Virus record (IMG/VR): IMGVR_UViG_3300050343_000255
Coordinates: 32,001 to 96,000 of that record
Length of the DNA: 64,000 nucleotides
Direction: 5' to 3' (one strand)
Origin: a virus
Shown here: positions 18,425 through 26,669 of the stretch, piece after piece
Numbering within the stretch: position 1 is the stretch's first letter
Layout of the letters: every line of letters starts with the position of its first letter
Notes under the pieces: model-generated
Database searches by the model: none
Seen by the model: the letters and a program-made list of their open reading frames with translations, nothing else
Told to the model about the DNA's origin: nothing
Made by a program: the position numbers and the translations under genes

Positions 18425-18607
18425 TTATCTATTATACTTTGGAAACCCTGGCTTACATTCATCTTCAGCTTGAAAGCAAGTAACCCATTCTGCATCTGTA
18501 CTCAATAGATGATCAGGCATTTGATCTTGAAGCATTGATATAGCAGCAAGATGGTGTGGATTCTCTGTAAACGCTTTGAAGTATTGCTGAAGCTTTATCT
18601 TTCTCAC
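18425..18607 (-). CDS. stand-alone homologue of the lysin N-terminal domain
   Basis: Ungapped similarity to about residues 9-48 of the 25335 lysin. Confidence 0.6.
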   Translation of the reverse strand: MRKIKLQQYFKAFTENPHHLAAISMLQDQMPDHLLSTDAEWVTCFQAEDECKPGFPKYNR

Positions 18608-18831
18608 TGAATGCCTACTTGTTGGTTCAATACCTTTACAGCTTTTGCTAGAGGAACCATTGTTGCAACAAGCTTTTTAGGAAGTTCAGTCTCACGCTGA
18701 TCCATTGTCTTTTCTACAAGAGCCATTTGCTCTTGCACTGCGGTAACTTTACTTTCAATATTTTTCTGTTTATAGTCAGTAAATTTCATTGCAAGCAGCA
18801 ATGTCAATACTGGTCCAATAATATATTCCAT
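18604..18831 (-). CDS. membrane-anchored coiled-coil protein (possible lysis accessory)
   Basis: N-terminal hydrophobic stretch followed by a coiled coil. Confidence 0.55.
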   Translation of the reverse strand: MEYIIGPVLTLLLAMKFTDYKQKNIESKVTAVQEQMALVEKTMDQRETELPKKLVATMVPLAKAVKVLNQQVGIQ

Positions 18832-18864
18832 TGATATTAATTAACTGAGTAAAGTCTAGCTCAA

Positions 18865-19200
18865 TTAAACAAATTGTAAGCCATCATCTTCTAGATCATC
18901 ATCTTCCCAACCTTCATCCATAATATCTGTTGGCATCTCTTCTGAGTTATCAACTGATAATTCCAACAAATCACAGAAGGTTTCTTCTGAGATGATTTCA
19001 GGTAACCCTGCCTGTTGCTCGTCAATTTTAAAAACAATGCCACTAGCCATTAGTGTTTGTTGAACTCCATTCTTTTGCTCCATCCGTGACTTAAGCAGGC
19101 GCAAGGCCGTTTTTTCCAGAGCAGGTCTGCTCATTCGAGTTACTTCGTATCTTGCTCGTGTGAGAGCAAACCGTTGTTCGATGGTAAGTTGGTTGTTCAT
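18865..19200 (-). CDS. nblA: NblA-like protein with acidic C-terminal extension
   Basis: LTIEQRF..VTRMSR..L..L....M.QKN matches the NblA LSLEQQF..MSREQ..MMIKDN pattern. Confidence 0.55.
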   Translation of the reverse strand: MNNQLTIEQRFALTRARYEVTRMSRPALEKTALRLLKSRMEQKNGVQQTLMASGIVFKIDEQQAGLPEIISEETFCDLLELSVDNSEEMPTDIMDEGWEDDDLEDDGLQFV

Positions 19201-19543
19201 CTAGTTCTTCCTCAATAAATCTCTTGTTTGTAATCCATTCTTCAATTAATTCTTGTGCAACTTCGTTATAGAAGGTTTGTCTTTTAAACCATACTAACCA
19301 AGGTTCTGTACCTTTTGAGTGATTACACTCAAGACATGCAGGAAGAAGATTACTGCGTAAACTTGAACCTCCATTGGCTCGTGGTTTGATGTGATCTAAC
19401 GTTGTTGCTCGTTTAGATCTGCAGTAGCCACAAAGGCCACCCCAACCATATTTAATTGATTTTTTAAATCTGCGCTTGGCACTTTGTTTTGATAAACAAG
19501 TGAGGTCAAACAGTAGGTCCGACCAGTCTTCAGCAATACCCAT
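19091..19543 (-). CDS. HNH endonuclease
   Basis: CGYC..TLDHIKPRANGG..NLLPACLECNHSKG. Confidence 0.9.
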   Translation of the reverse strand: MGIAEDWSDLLFDLTCLSKQSAKRRFKKSIKYGWGGLCGYCRSKRATTLDHIKPRANGGSSLRSNLLPACLECNHSKGTEPWLVWFKRQTFYNEVAQELIEEWITNKRFIEEELDEQPTYHRTTVCSHTSKIRSNSNEQTCSGKNGLAPA

Positions 19544-19608
19544 TCGTTCTTATTTAAGGAACTTACTACGAATGTAACGGAACTGCGTTCTTTATGTGTA
19601 TTTAAGTA

Positions 19609-19851
19609 TCAACGATTGCGTGTTTGAGTTAATACAAGTTCATCTAACTTATCTTCTATGCGAATCATGTGAGCTTCAACTCTTTCCAAAGTAGTAGCAA
19701 AATCAGCTTTTGATATATACGAGCGAGCCATGCACAGCTCAACTTCATCAATACGTTTATCAACGCTATCAATTTTACTATTGATTCTTGAAGTCAAGAT
19801 AAAGCCACCAGTTACAACCGCTAGTCCTGCACTGACAATTGACTCAATCAT
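19609..19851 (-). CDS. small membrane protein (holin-like or lysis-associated candidate)
   Basis: N-terminal TM plus coiled coil (RIEDKLD); TACAATAG upstream. Confidence 0.55.
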   Translation of the reverse strand: MIESIVSAGLAVVTGGFILTSRINSKIDSVDKRIDEVELCMARSYISKADFATTLERVEAHMIRIEDKLDELVLTQTRNR

Positions 19852-19938
19852 TTCAAGTATATGCACTTGGCTTTTTATCTATTGTATCTCACAATTGCTT
19901 TTAATAAACTGTAGACTTTTACTAGAATTATTTAAAAT

Positions 19939-20339
19939 ATGAATCTAGAATTATCCGAACTATATCTAAATCCAATATTGTTATAGCTAGTTCCAAGGTC
20001 CATCGCTGGGGCGTTTTTGCTCATAAAGATATTGCCAAGCACGATGTATTGCAAGAGTCTCCCTATTGTACTTTCTCTACAAAAGAGCTTAAGAAAAAAT
20101 CTGATGTAGTTGTTCGCTATACCTATGACTCATATGACAATCCAGGAGCAGATGACGTTGTACTTGGATTTGGGTTTGCAGCTTTGTATAACCACTCATC
20201 CAGTAACAATGCAGCTTATGAGCTAGATACTGTTAATGAGGTCATGCGCCATTACGCAGTAGAAGATATTCCTGCCGGTTCAGAAATCTTCATTGACTAT
20301 GGATATGAAGATGATGATTGTAATTTTGGAGATTACTAA
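19939..20339 (+). CDS. SET-domain methyltransferase (frameshift near 19975)
   Basis: HRWGVFAHKDI, LYNHS, IPAGSEIFIDYG motifs. Confidence 0.85.
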
Positions 20340-20533
20340 TCTTTCTTTGCTTTATGACTGTACGAAATTGTCCAGCCATCTTGGCCAAACTCTCCAACCT
20401 CTTCAAATTTCCAATCCAACTCAGGATCAGGCTCTGGTGTTGAACGCTTGAAATCCTCCACCGCAGTATCTATCTTGTGCGGCAGAGTTGTATAAAATTT
20501 TCTTTCTTGTATCTTCCGTCGGACAGTTTCCAA
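20336..20533 (-). CDS. hypothetical protein
   Basis: ORF; true start probably further upstream. Confidence 0.45.
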   Translation of the reverse strand: METVRRKIQERKFYTTLPHKIDTAVEDFKRSTPEPDPELDWKFEEVGEFGQDGWTISYSHKAKKD

Positions 20534-20586
20534 TGGACTGCGACTATTGAATTGATATATCCATTTCCCGTCTGACGGTATGTTGC

Positions 20587-20730
20587 CTAAGCCTTTTTTC
20601 CAGGCTTAATTGCATTGACTGCAGAAAGCACAAGCTGTACAACAGAGTTGGACTTCAGTGGAGTCAGTGCAATAATTTCACTTGCAGCAGCAATAATAAT
20701 CCAAAAAATTGGAGACTCAATGATACCCAT
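20587..20730 (-). CDS. small membrane protein (47 aa, holin-like candidate)
   Basis: MGIIESPIFWIIIAAASEIIALTPLKSNSVVQLVL..KPGKKA, read manually. Confidence 0.65.
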   Translation of the reverse strand: MGIIESPIFWIIIAAASEIIALTPLKSNSVVQLVLSAVNAIKPGKKA

Positions 20731-20760
20731 GATTATATATGTAAGTTGATTTTATTCTAA

Positions 20761-20884
20761 CTACTTTGCTACGCAAACTACGAGGTTTTCTATATACCTA
20801 TCTTGTTAATCCTGGCTACGTAGCATCTATAGCCTATTTAAAAAAACAGTATATAAGCAGTAGCGTAGTCAGCGTAGTTTTTGC
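20761..20884. repeat. copy 1 of a ~125-bp iteron/AT-rich element (candidate replication origin)
   Basis: CTACG repeats on the left, CGTAG on the right, AT-rich core; inverted homologue at 62627-62750. Confidence 0.7.
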
Positions 20885-20936
20885 AGCTTTTATCTATTAG
20901 CTCTATGCTGAGTAAGCGTAGATGCATATATAGATT

Positions 20937-21215
20937 ATGGAATTCTCGACAGAGCAGCAATTGTTCCTGGCGATTCGCAGCCTCGACACCAAGCTCGACA
21001 GCGTGCTTCGTCGTCTCAACTCAGAAGAACAAGCAGAGTGGCTCGACACTAAAGACACTTGCTCGATGCTTGGTTGCACCGACCGTCACCTCCGCAACTT
21101 GATGGCAGAGGGCACCATCGCTGGTGACTGCATCCGTAATGTCGGCACCATCAAACGTGCTCGTTACAAGTTTCACCGCAGCAAGGTTATGAGTCAGTAC
21201 CTCAAGCGCGTTTGA
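20937..21215 (+). CDS. excisionase-like HTH protein
   Basis: WLDTKDTCSMLGCTDRHLRNL winged-HTH; convergent with the integrase. Confidence 0.7.
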   Translation: MEFSTEQQLFLAIRSLDTKLDSVLRRLNSEEQAEWLDTKDTCSMLGCTDRHLRNLMAEGTIAGDCIRNVGTIKRARYKFHRSKVMSQYLKRV

Positions 21216-22307
21216 ACTTGTCGCGCTGCTTTTCCCTCAGTGCACGCATGTTTTTCTTGTTGATCCACAGGTGGTAGTGCTTTCTATGTGTCGTTTCTGA
21301 GTGACCCATCAGCCTTGCAGCAGTGCTGATCTCTATCCCCTGCACTAGCGATCGAATCGCATAGGCGTGACGCAGGTTGTACAGCGGCCTGTGCTTGAGA
21401 TTGTTACGTTCCATGTAATCGGAGTACTGCCTGGCGACGTTCAAGCGGTGGCAGGTGGGCTTGTGTATCTCACACAGGTTCAGCTCCTTGATCCATTCTT
21501 CTGGCAACGCCCAAGCTTCACGCGAGTAAGGCTTGCCCTTGGTTTTGTAAGTCATCAGATTGATTACGTCATCCTCGAACTCGACGCTCAGTAATTCGCT
21601 GGGCCTGGTGCCAAAGGCCATGCTCATGCCATGCACCCATTTCCAGCGTGGATCTTCGATGCTGCTCCAGATCGACAGCAGTTCCTCATCACTAGGAATG
21701 TCCCGCTCAGTGAGCTGAGAAATTGTGTAGCCCTTCTCGCCTCGAACAGTGGCTGCTTATCCCACTTCAGTCCCATGTGATCAAGGGTGACTGAGACGAT
21801 CGAGCCGAAGTTTTCCCGACTGCTCGGTGACTCGATGTCCTTAATCACCTGGCAGATCGCCTCTAGATCAGCAGCTCCATAGAACTTGCTGAACAGGCTG
21901 ATCGTCGGTTTGTACTTAGCGGTGTAGATGCCCGCGCCTGTCTTGGGCTTGTCTGGGTAATAGGCATCGAAGCGTGCCTCGATCGCCTGGCACAGCTCTG
22001 TGAACAGGATCGAATCACGTGGAGCACTGCTTTTCTTTGCAGTGATCTTGTCTTTGCTCCAGTTGCTCCAGCTGAAAGTGCCCATCGAAAGCTCCTCGTC
22101 CAAGCGGAACGCCAGCTCTTTGGCCTTATCAGGTGTACTTAAATCGCTGGCCCTTCAGCCTGTCGGAATTTGCTGCTGCTTACGCTTGCTCGGCTCCGTT
22201 TTGCAGGGCAGTGTGGCGACTAAGTACACAGCCTGTCGATCTGGCAGGGTTTTGATAGCGCAACGGTCCAGCTTCTTATTGAGGAACGTGACCCAATTTC
22301 TGTCCAT
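21202..22307 (-). CDS. int: tyrosine integrase (several frameshifts)
   Basis: GTRPSE, KTK, YNLRHAYA, LMGHS, HRKHY catalytic set; N-terminal YLVATLP..GTFSW arm-binding pattern. Confidence 0.9.
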
Positions 22308-22423
22308 CACTGACTTCTCGGCTCCCCCGAGTATGCCCCAAACTCACTGATCCTGTGTACTTAAAAACCGTCTTAAATCCCTGGTTTTGGTGCCGGAACA
22401 GACCGGAACACAGGTGAACCAAT

Positions 22424-22450
22424 AAAAAAGGGACCCTTGCGGATCCCCTG
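22424..22450 (-). terminator. terminator downstream of the tRNA fragment
   Basis: GGGATCC-GCAA-GGGTCCC followed by T6 on the minus strand. Confidence 0.65.
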
Positions 22451-22480
22451 GTATGACTGGTGTTTAAGTCGGTGACTCAA

Positions 22481-22529
22481 TCGGAGCGGCGGGATTTGAA
22501 CCCACGACCCCTACTACCCCAAGGTAGTG
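22481..22529 (-). other. attP core: 3' half of tRNA-Pro(GGG)
   Basis: Reverse complement TTGGGGTAGTAGGGGTCGTGGGTTCAAATCCCGCCGCTCCGA = anticodon loop to acceptor end of cyanobacterial tRNA-Pro; 5' half absent; beside int. Confidence 0.9.
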
Positions 22530-22613
22530 ACAATTCTTTATAAACCCGCTTCGTAACTGGCTTTTGATTCGTCAATTTTGTAAATGTACTTAATTTTGTA
22601 CTTAAGTTCAGAA

Positions 22614-22991
22614 TTAGCTGACGGCTGTAATTGCCGCTCCACGCAGGGGTACTCGGTAATCAGTGCCGACTTTCAAGGCAGCATCTGATGTAACGAAAAT
22701 ACGAGTGACGTATTTACGCTTGTCATCTCCGTCAAAGACATAGGCAGAGCCGTTCCACTCCACTTTCAAATGTGGGTTGGAGTCAGAAACTGCGATGTAA
22801 ACAGACTGGCTGTTGTCACTGTTGTCAACACGCACGCAGCCTTCGTAGATCGTGTTATCCCCATTCCACCACCAACGTGGGACATTCCAATAATTGCGAG
22901 GGCGATCAGTAGTCCTTGGACTGACGAAAGTTAAGTCGCCTGATTGGTCCTCAAAGGAATGCAATCCTGTAATAGTAATTGCACCAGCCAT
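22614..22991 (-). CDS. putative structural beta-protein, paralogue of the gene at 44982
   Basis: Shared motif order with 44982-45480. Confidence 0.6.
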   Translation of the reverse strand: MAGAITITGLHSFEDQSGDLTFVSPRTTDRPRNYWNVPRWWWNGDNTIYEGCVRVDNSDNSQSVYIAVSDSNPHLKVEWNGSAYVFDGDDKRKYVTRIFVTSDAALKVGTDYRVPLRGAAITAVS

Positions 22992-23140
22992 TAACCTTTG
23001 CCTCGCTGCATTACTTTACGCATTTTCTTATCCTTGAAATCTTGAGCATCAGGTTCTTTAGATGCTTCTTTCATAGGTTCTTGTTTGTCCCCATCTCCAT
23101 CAATATCAAGGAAATCAGGTTTCATGCTTTGTCCTGGCAT
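22991..23140 (-). CDS. small protein with EF-hand-like loop (PDFLDIDGDGDKQEPMK)
   Basis: Read manually; coupled to neighbours. Confidence 0.6.
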   Translation of the reverse strand: MPGQSMKPDFLDIDGDGDKQEPMKEASKEPDAQDFKDKKMRKVMQRGKG

Positions 23141-23376
23141 CAGTCTTTACTAATAATGTTTTTATAGAAGTTAGCCTTCTTCTTCATTTTAGATGATGCA
23201 TCTGAATCATTTAAAACTTCATTAGCAAAAGCCTTACGTCCTTCTGGTGTATCTGGATGTCCAGCTTTTGTTGCTGCAGCAGTGAAGGTTCCTTTAGTTC
23301 CACCTTTCTTGCCATGCGACATTTTCTTGAATGCTTTGGCTAAGCCTTTTGCCTGCTTGCGGGGTTCCTTTGACAT
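23140..23376 (-). CDS. small Lys-rich protein
   Basis: ORF track; coupled. Confidence 0.65.
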   Translation of the reverse strand: MSKEPRKQAKGLAKAFKKMSHGKKGGTKGTFTAAATKAGHPDTPEGRKAFANEVLNDSDASSKMKKKANFYKNIISKD

Positions 23377-23631
23377 TACGAACGATGCTTAGAAGTTTTC
23401 TTGGCAACATCTTTAGGCTGCTTACTGAACTGCTGACCTTTACGAGCAGCAGCGCGTTTTTTAGCAGTACTTCTTGCATACTCTTCATCAGTCAAAGCTT
23501 CCCTAGCTTTCTTAGGCAGGTAGCGTTCACCAGTTGCTTTCTTGCCTTGAGTACTGTTTTTACCCTGACTTAGTACCCCAATCTTCTTTAGTCCAACTAT
23601 CTAGAGAATTTTGTGATTTTGCTTTAGCCAT
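23376..23631 (-). CDS. small basic protein (SLDSWTKEDWGTKS..GERYLPKKA; frameshifted)
   Basis: Read manually; DUF5872-like C-terminal part. Confidence 0.55.
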
Positions 23632-23814
23632 TAGTCTTTATACCCGCCACCTTTGGCTTTATATTGCTTGGCTAACATCTGTGCTTTACGAGCAGACCAC
23701 TGACCAGGCTTTCCACCTTTACCACTAGCTTTAATTTGAGAGAATAGTTTCTTACGCATACCTGGCATTGTGTAATTGCCAGCTTCGTTGACTTTATGAT
23801 TTCTTGTCAGCCAT
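23631..23814 (-). CDS. DUF5872-like basic protein (frameshifted)
   Basis: NYTMPGMRKKLF..GGKPGQWSARKAQMLAKQYKAKGGGY. Confidence 0.65.
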
Positions 23815-24230
23815 CAGTCTGCTCCATCATGTATTCATCTGACCCTTCTTGATTATATTCATTTTTTGGCATGCATTCATCGGTAATTGGTCCTCCATGC
23901 ACCCAAGCATCACATGTACGATCGCCTGCACATTTAAATTTAAATAGCTGACAATAACCAATGTTGGCATTCATGATGACCTTACGTGGATCAACGTATG
24001 GCTCTTCATCTGTACCAATGCCTTTGCCAATGCAGCACATGACTTTCCATGTCTGATCGAACGCGGCACAGTTACCACAGCGGGTAGACTTTGCCTCTTC
24101 AACTGATGTATGAAAGATGTCTGCCTTTTGTTCCCAGAACTCATCGTTAGGGAAGGACCATCGAAGGATTGTCCAATTTCATTCTTTGGAACATCTTGAT
24201 AACCTGAAACGTGTCCTAAGTTCGCCTTGC
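23807..24230 (-). CDS. Cys-rich phage protein (frameshifted; start uncertain)
   Basis: CGNCAAFD..GYCQLFKFKCAGDRTCDAW..GGPI. Confidence 0.5.
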
Positions 24231-24539
24231 GTCCTTGATAATTAAAATTCGAACATTTAATATTCAATTTAGTATTCAACAATAATAAGGCCGTGAACAT
24301 CAGTACAAACGGCTGAGTTAGCGTAAAGAATTGCATTAATGAAAGAGTTCCCAGCCACGCACTAATGACTTCACTACTTAGATGATATTAGCTGTAACCT
24401 CGTGACGTCTCTGATGAAATAACAACAATTACTTACTTAAGCTTCTGCAATTGCTTCTGCTTCTTCTAGCTGTGAGCTTCGCGCAATGAAGCAGCACCCA
24501 TCATTAGGCAAACCTTGATAATCCTTTGTCCACAATCAT

Positions 24540-24847
24540 TAGTCACCATTTTATGTGACCAGTAACGTGCACTAAAAATGATCTGGCTTACTATCCTGTG
24601 CATTATGCCTAGCGTAGTAAGACTTCTTACGTGCTTTGTCTTTTGCAGACTTAGGATTTTTACCAGCACCTTTTACGCCTTGCTGACCAAAACGGATGAT
24701 CTTTTCTTTACCGTTTTTACAGGCTTTTACAACGTGTGATTTTGTTGCGTGACCTTTAGTACGCATTGGTTTATTGCACTTAAGTTTATCTTTGTCTAAG
24801 TGAGACTTAGCTTTTGATTTAGCTTTAGCGCGAGCAGATGCTGCCAT
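24540..24847 (-). CDS. Lys-rich protein (KSHVVKAC..KIIRFGQQG..YYARH..SARYWS)
   Basis: ORF 24572-24847 with a frameshifted C-terminus. Confidence 0.65.
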
Positions 24848-24868
24848 GTTATCTACACAATCCTTCTA

Positions 24869-25006
24869 TTATTTTAACGGTTCTAAAGGATCAGATTTAC
24901 CATCTACGATTGCACAAGCACGTTTATAAAAGAAATTATCTGTAGTACCTTTCTCCTCCATAACTTCTTTAATCTTTAGCCAATTAGCTTTTTCTTCGTC
25001 ACTCAT
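24869..25006 (-). CDS. small cyanophage-type protein (45 aa, NWLKIKEVMEEKGTTDNFFYKRA)
   Basis: Read manually; coupled to the upstream gene. Confidence 0.6.
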   Translation of the reverse strand: MSDEEKANWLKIKEVMEEKGTTDNFFYKRACAIVDGKSDPLEPLK

Positions 25007-25275
25007 TGGTTAGCTGCAATGTGATCCATCTCTGCATGCATGAGGTCACTAAGGTTTGACACCTGAGCACAGCAGCTCATAATCAATCCGCGTTGATTAG
25101 GGGTGAGATTGTCTGCATCAATAGCATCTTCTGATAGCACTACTGCTACGTCACCTAGTGCCATGATGATTGCAGGCATTCCCCACTTTTCAACCAATCC
25201 AGACATTACAGATAGAAGTGGATTGTCACCACTTTCTACTGATTGCCAGAATTGTTTGCGTTCTTCCGCAGTCAT
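25003..25275 (-). CDS. hypothetical protein
   Basis: ORF with TACAATAG upstream. Confidence 0.6.
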   Translation of the reverse strand: MTAEERKQFWQSVESGDNPLLSVMSGLVEKWGMPAIIMALGDVAVVLSEDAIDADNLTPNQRGLIMSCCAQVSNLSDLMHAEMDHIAANQ

Positions 25276-25334
25276 AATTAGAGCCCTAAGTATTACTATT
25301 GTAGATAGAATACCTGTAGAGATATGTAGACATT

Positions 25335-26083
25335 ATGGCACAGATATCCGTAGAGAGTTTCAAGAACTTTTTTAAATTTTACGAAGGTGAAGCACATCAA
25401 CAACTTGCTGTTGAAAAGCTATATAAGTTAATTCCGTTAGATGCATTAGAAAATAATTGTGAATGGATTCTTCAGTATCGTGATCAACTGAAAGATCAAA
25501 CGGTAGAAACAAAGCAGTGGCCCATCACTAAAGTGCAAATGGGACTAATCATGAACTGTAGTACTGAAAGTCTTCCTGACTCACTGATGGATGACTTTGC
25601 TAGATGCGTAGATCTATATCAAATGGATCGTTTGAGCATTGCATATTTCTTAGGTCAATGCGGTCATGAGTCAGCAGGACTCAGATATCCAGTAGAAATT
25701 GCATCAGGTAAAATTACGAGGGAAGAGATGATTTAAATAATATTTATCGAGGTGATGGCGTCAAGTTTGCTGGAACTGGTTGGATTGCAAGTTACTGGCA
25801 GATATTGGCATCAGCAGTACAGTCAGACTATCTTCAGAAGAGTGAATTTGACGATAAAATTATGGAAGTTGGAAAGACATATACAAGTGAAAAATATCCG
25901 TGGTCAATTAGTGGATACTGGTGGCATGAAATAATATGAATGATTTTTGCAAAATAAAACCACCCGTTGATCAAGTAGGTCAACGAGTGAATGGTAAGTA
26001 TTTACCTAACGGATATGAAGACAGACGTCGTATATTCTAAAAAAGCTTTTGAAGTATTAGGTTTACCATATCCTGGTAATTAG
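25335..26083 (+). CDS. endolysin, glycoside hydrolase family 19 (frameshifted)
   Basis: AYFLGQCGHESAGL, then in shifted frames EGRDDL..GDGVKFAG.G..QVTGR..GYWW. Confidence 0.8.
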
Positions 26084-26151
26084 TCAAAAGTTACTTCGTC
26101 GCCTCTATCTAAATACCGGCACCACTGCCACAACAATGATTATCTTCAATC

Positions 26152-26624
26152 TCAGGAGTCTTCTGATTTCTCTGGAGCTTCTAGGTGTAACGGTGGCTCC
26201 CACTCTGAATAAGAAGCTGATGTAATATATGCAGCTAATTCTTCAGTCGTTGTTGTTGCACTGATGGCTTCACGTTTGGTGTCACAGTAAGTACGAATCT
26301 CACCACGACGATCAAGAACATCTTGAGGAACTGCTACTTCTGTTTCTTGCTTACGAATGACATACCAATCGCTAGGAGCAAGCAATGTATATGCAGTTTG
26401 ATTGGTGTTATTAATCCAAAGAGTAACTAGATCTTCGTGATCTTTCGGAAGCTCTGGACCCCAGTAGAAGCGTTGGTCATACCAAGGAGCATCAGCAACT
26501 TCTGTAATTCCAATGGCTGTTTTTTCTTCAAGTGAAGCCAATCGTAGCCAATTAGCTGGATACTGAATTCATTATGTGTGAATGCACGATCGTAAGATAG
26601 TGGACGTCCGTCTAAGATAAGCAT
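26152..26624 (-). CDS. tail-fibre assembly/chaperone-like protein (frameshifted)
   Basis: LLAPSDWYVIRKQE..R.EIR; follows the fibre gene. Confidence 0.65.
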
Positions 26625-26669
26625 GACAATTTCTCTGATGTTACTATTTTAGCTATTTAAATTGATTAA

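Noticed and set aside
22481-22529. Functional phage tRNA-Pro gene
   Set aside because: Only the anticodon stem to 3' end is present; the D-arm and 5' acceptor strand are missing, so it is an att core
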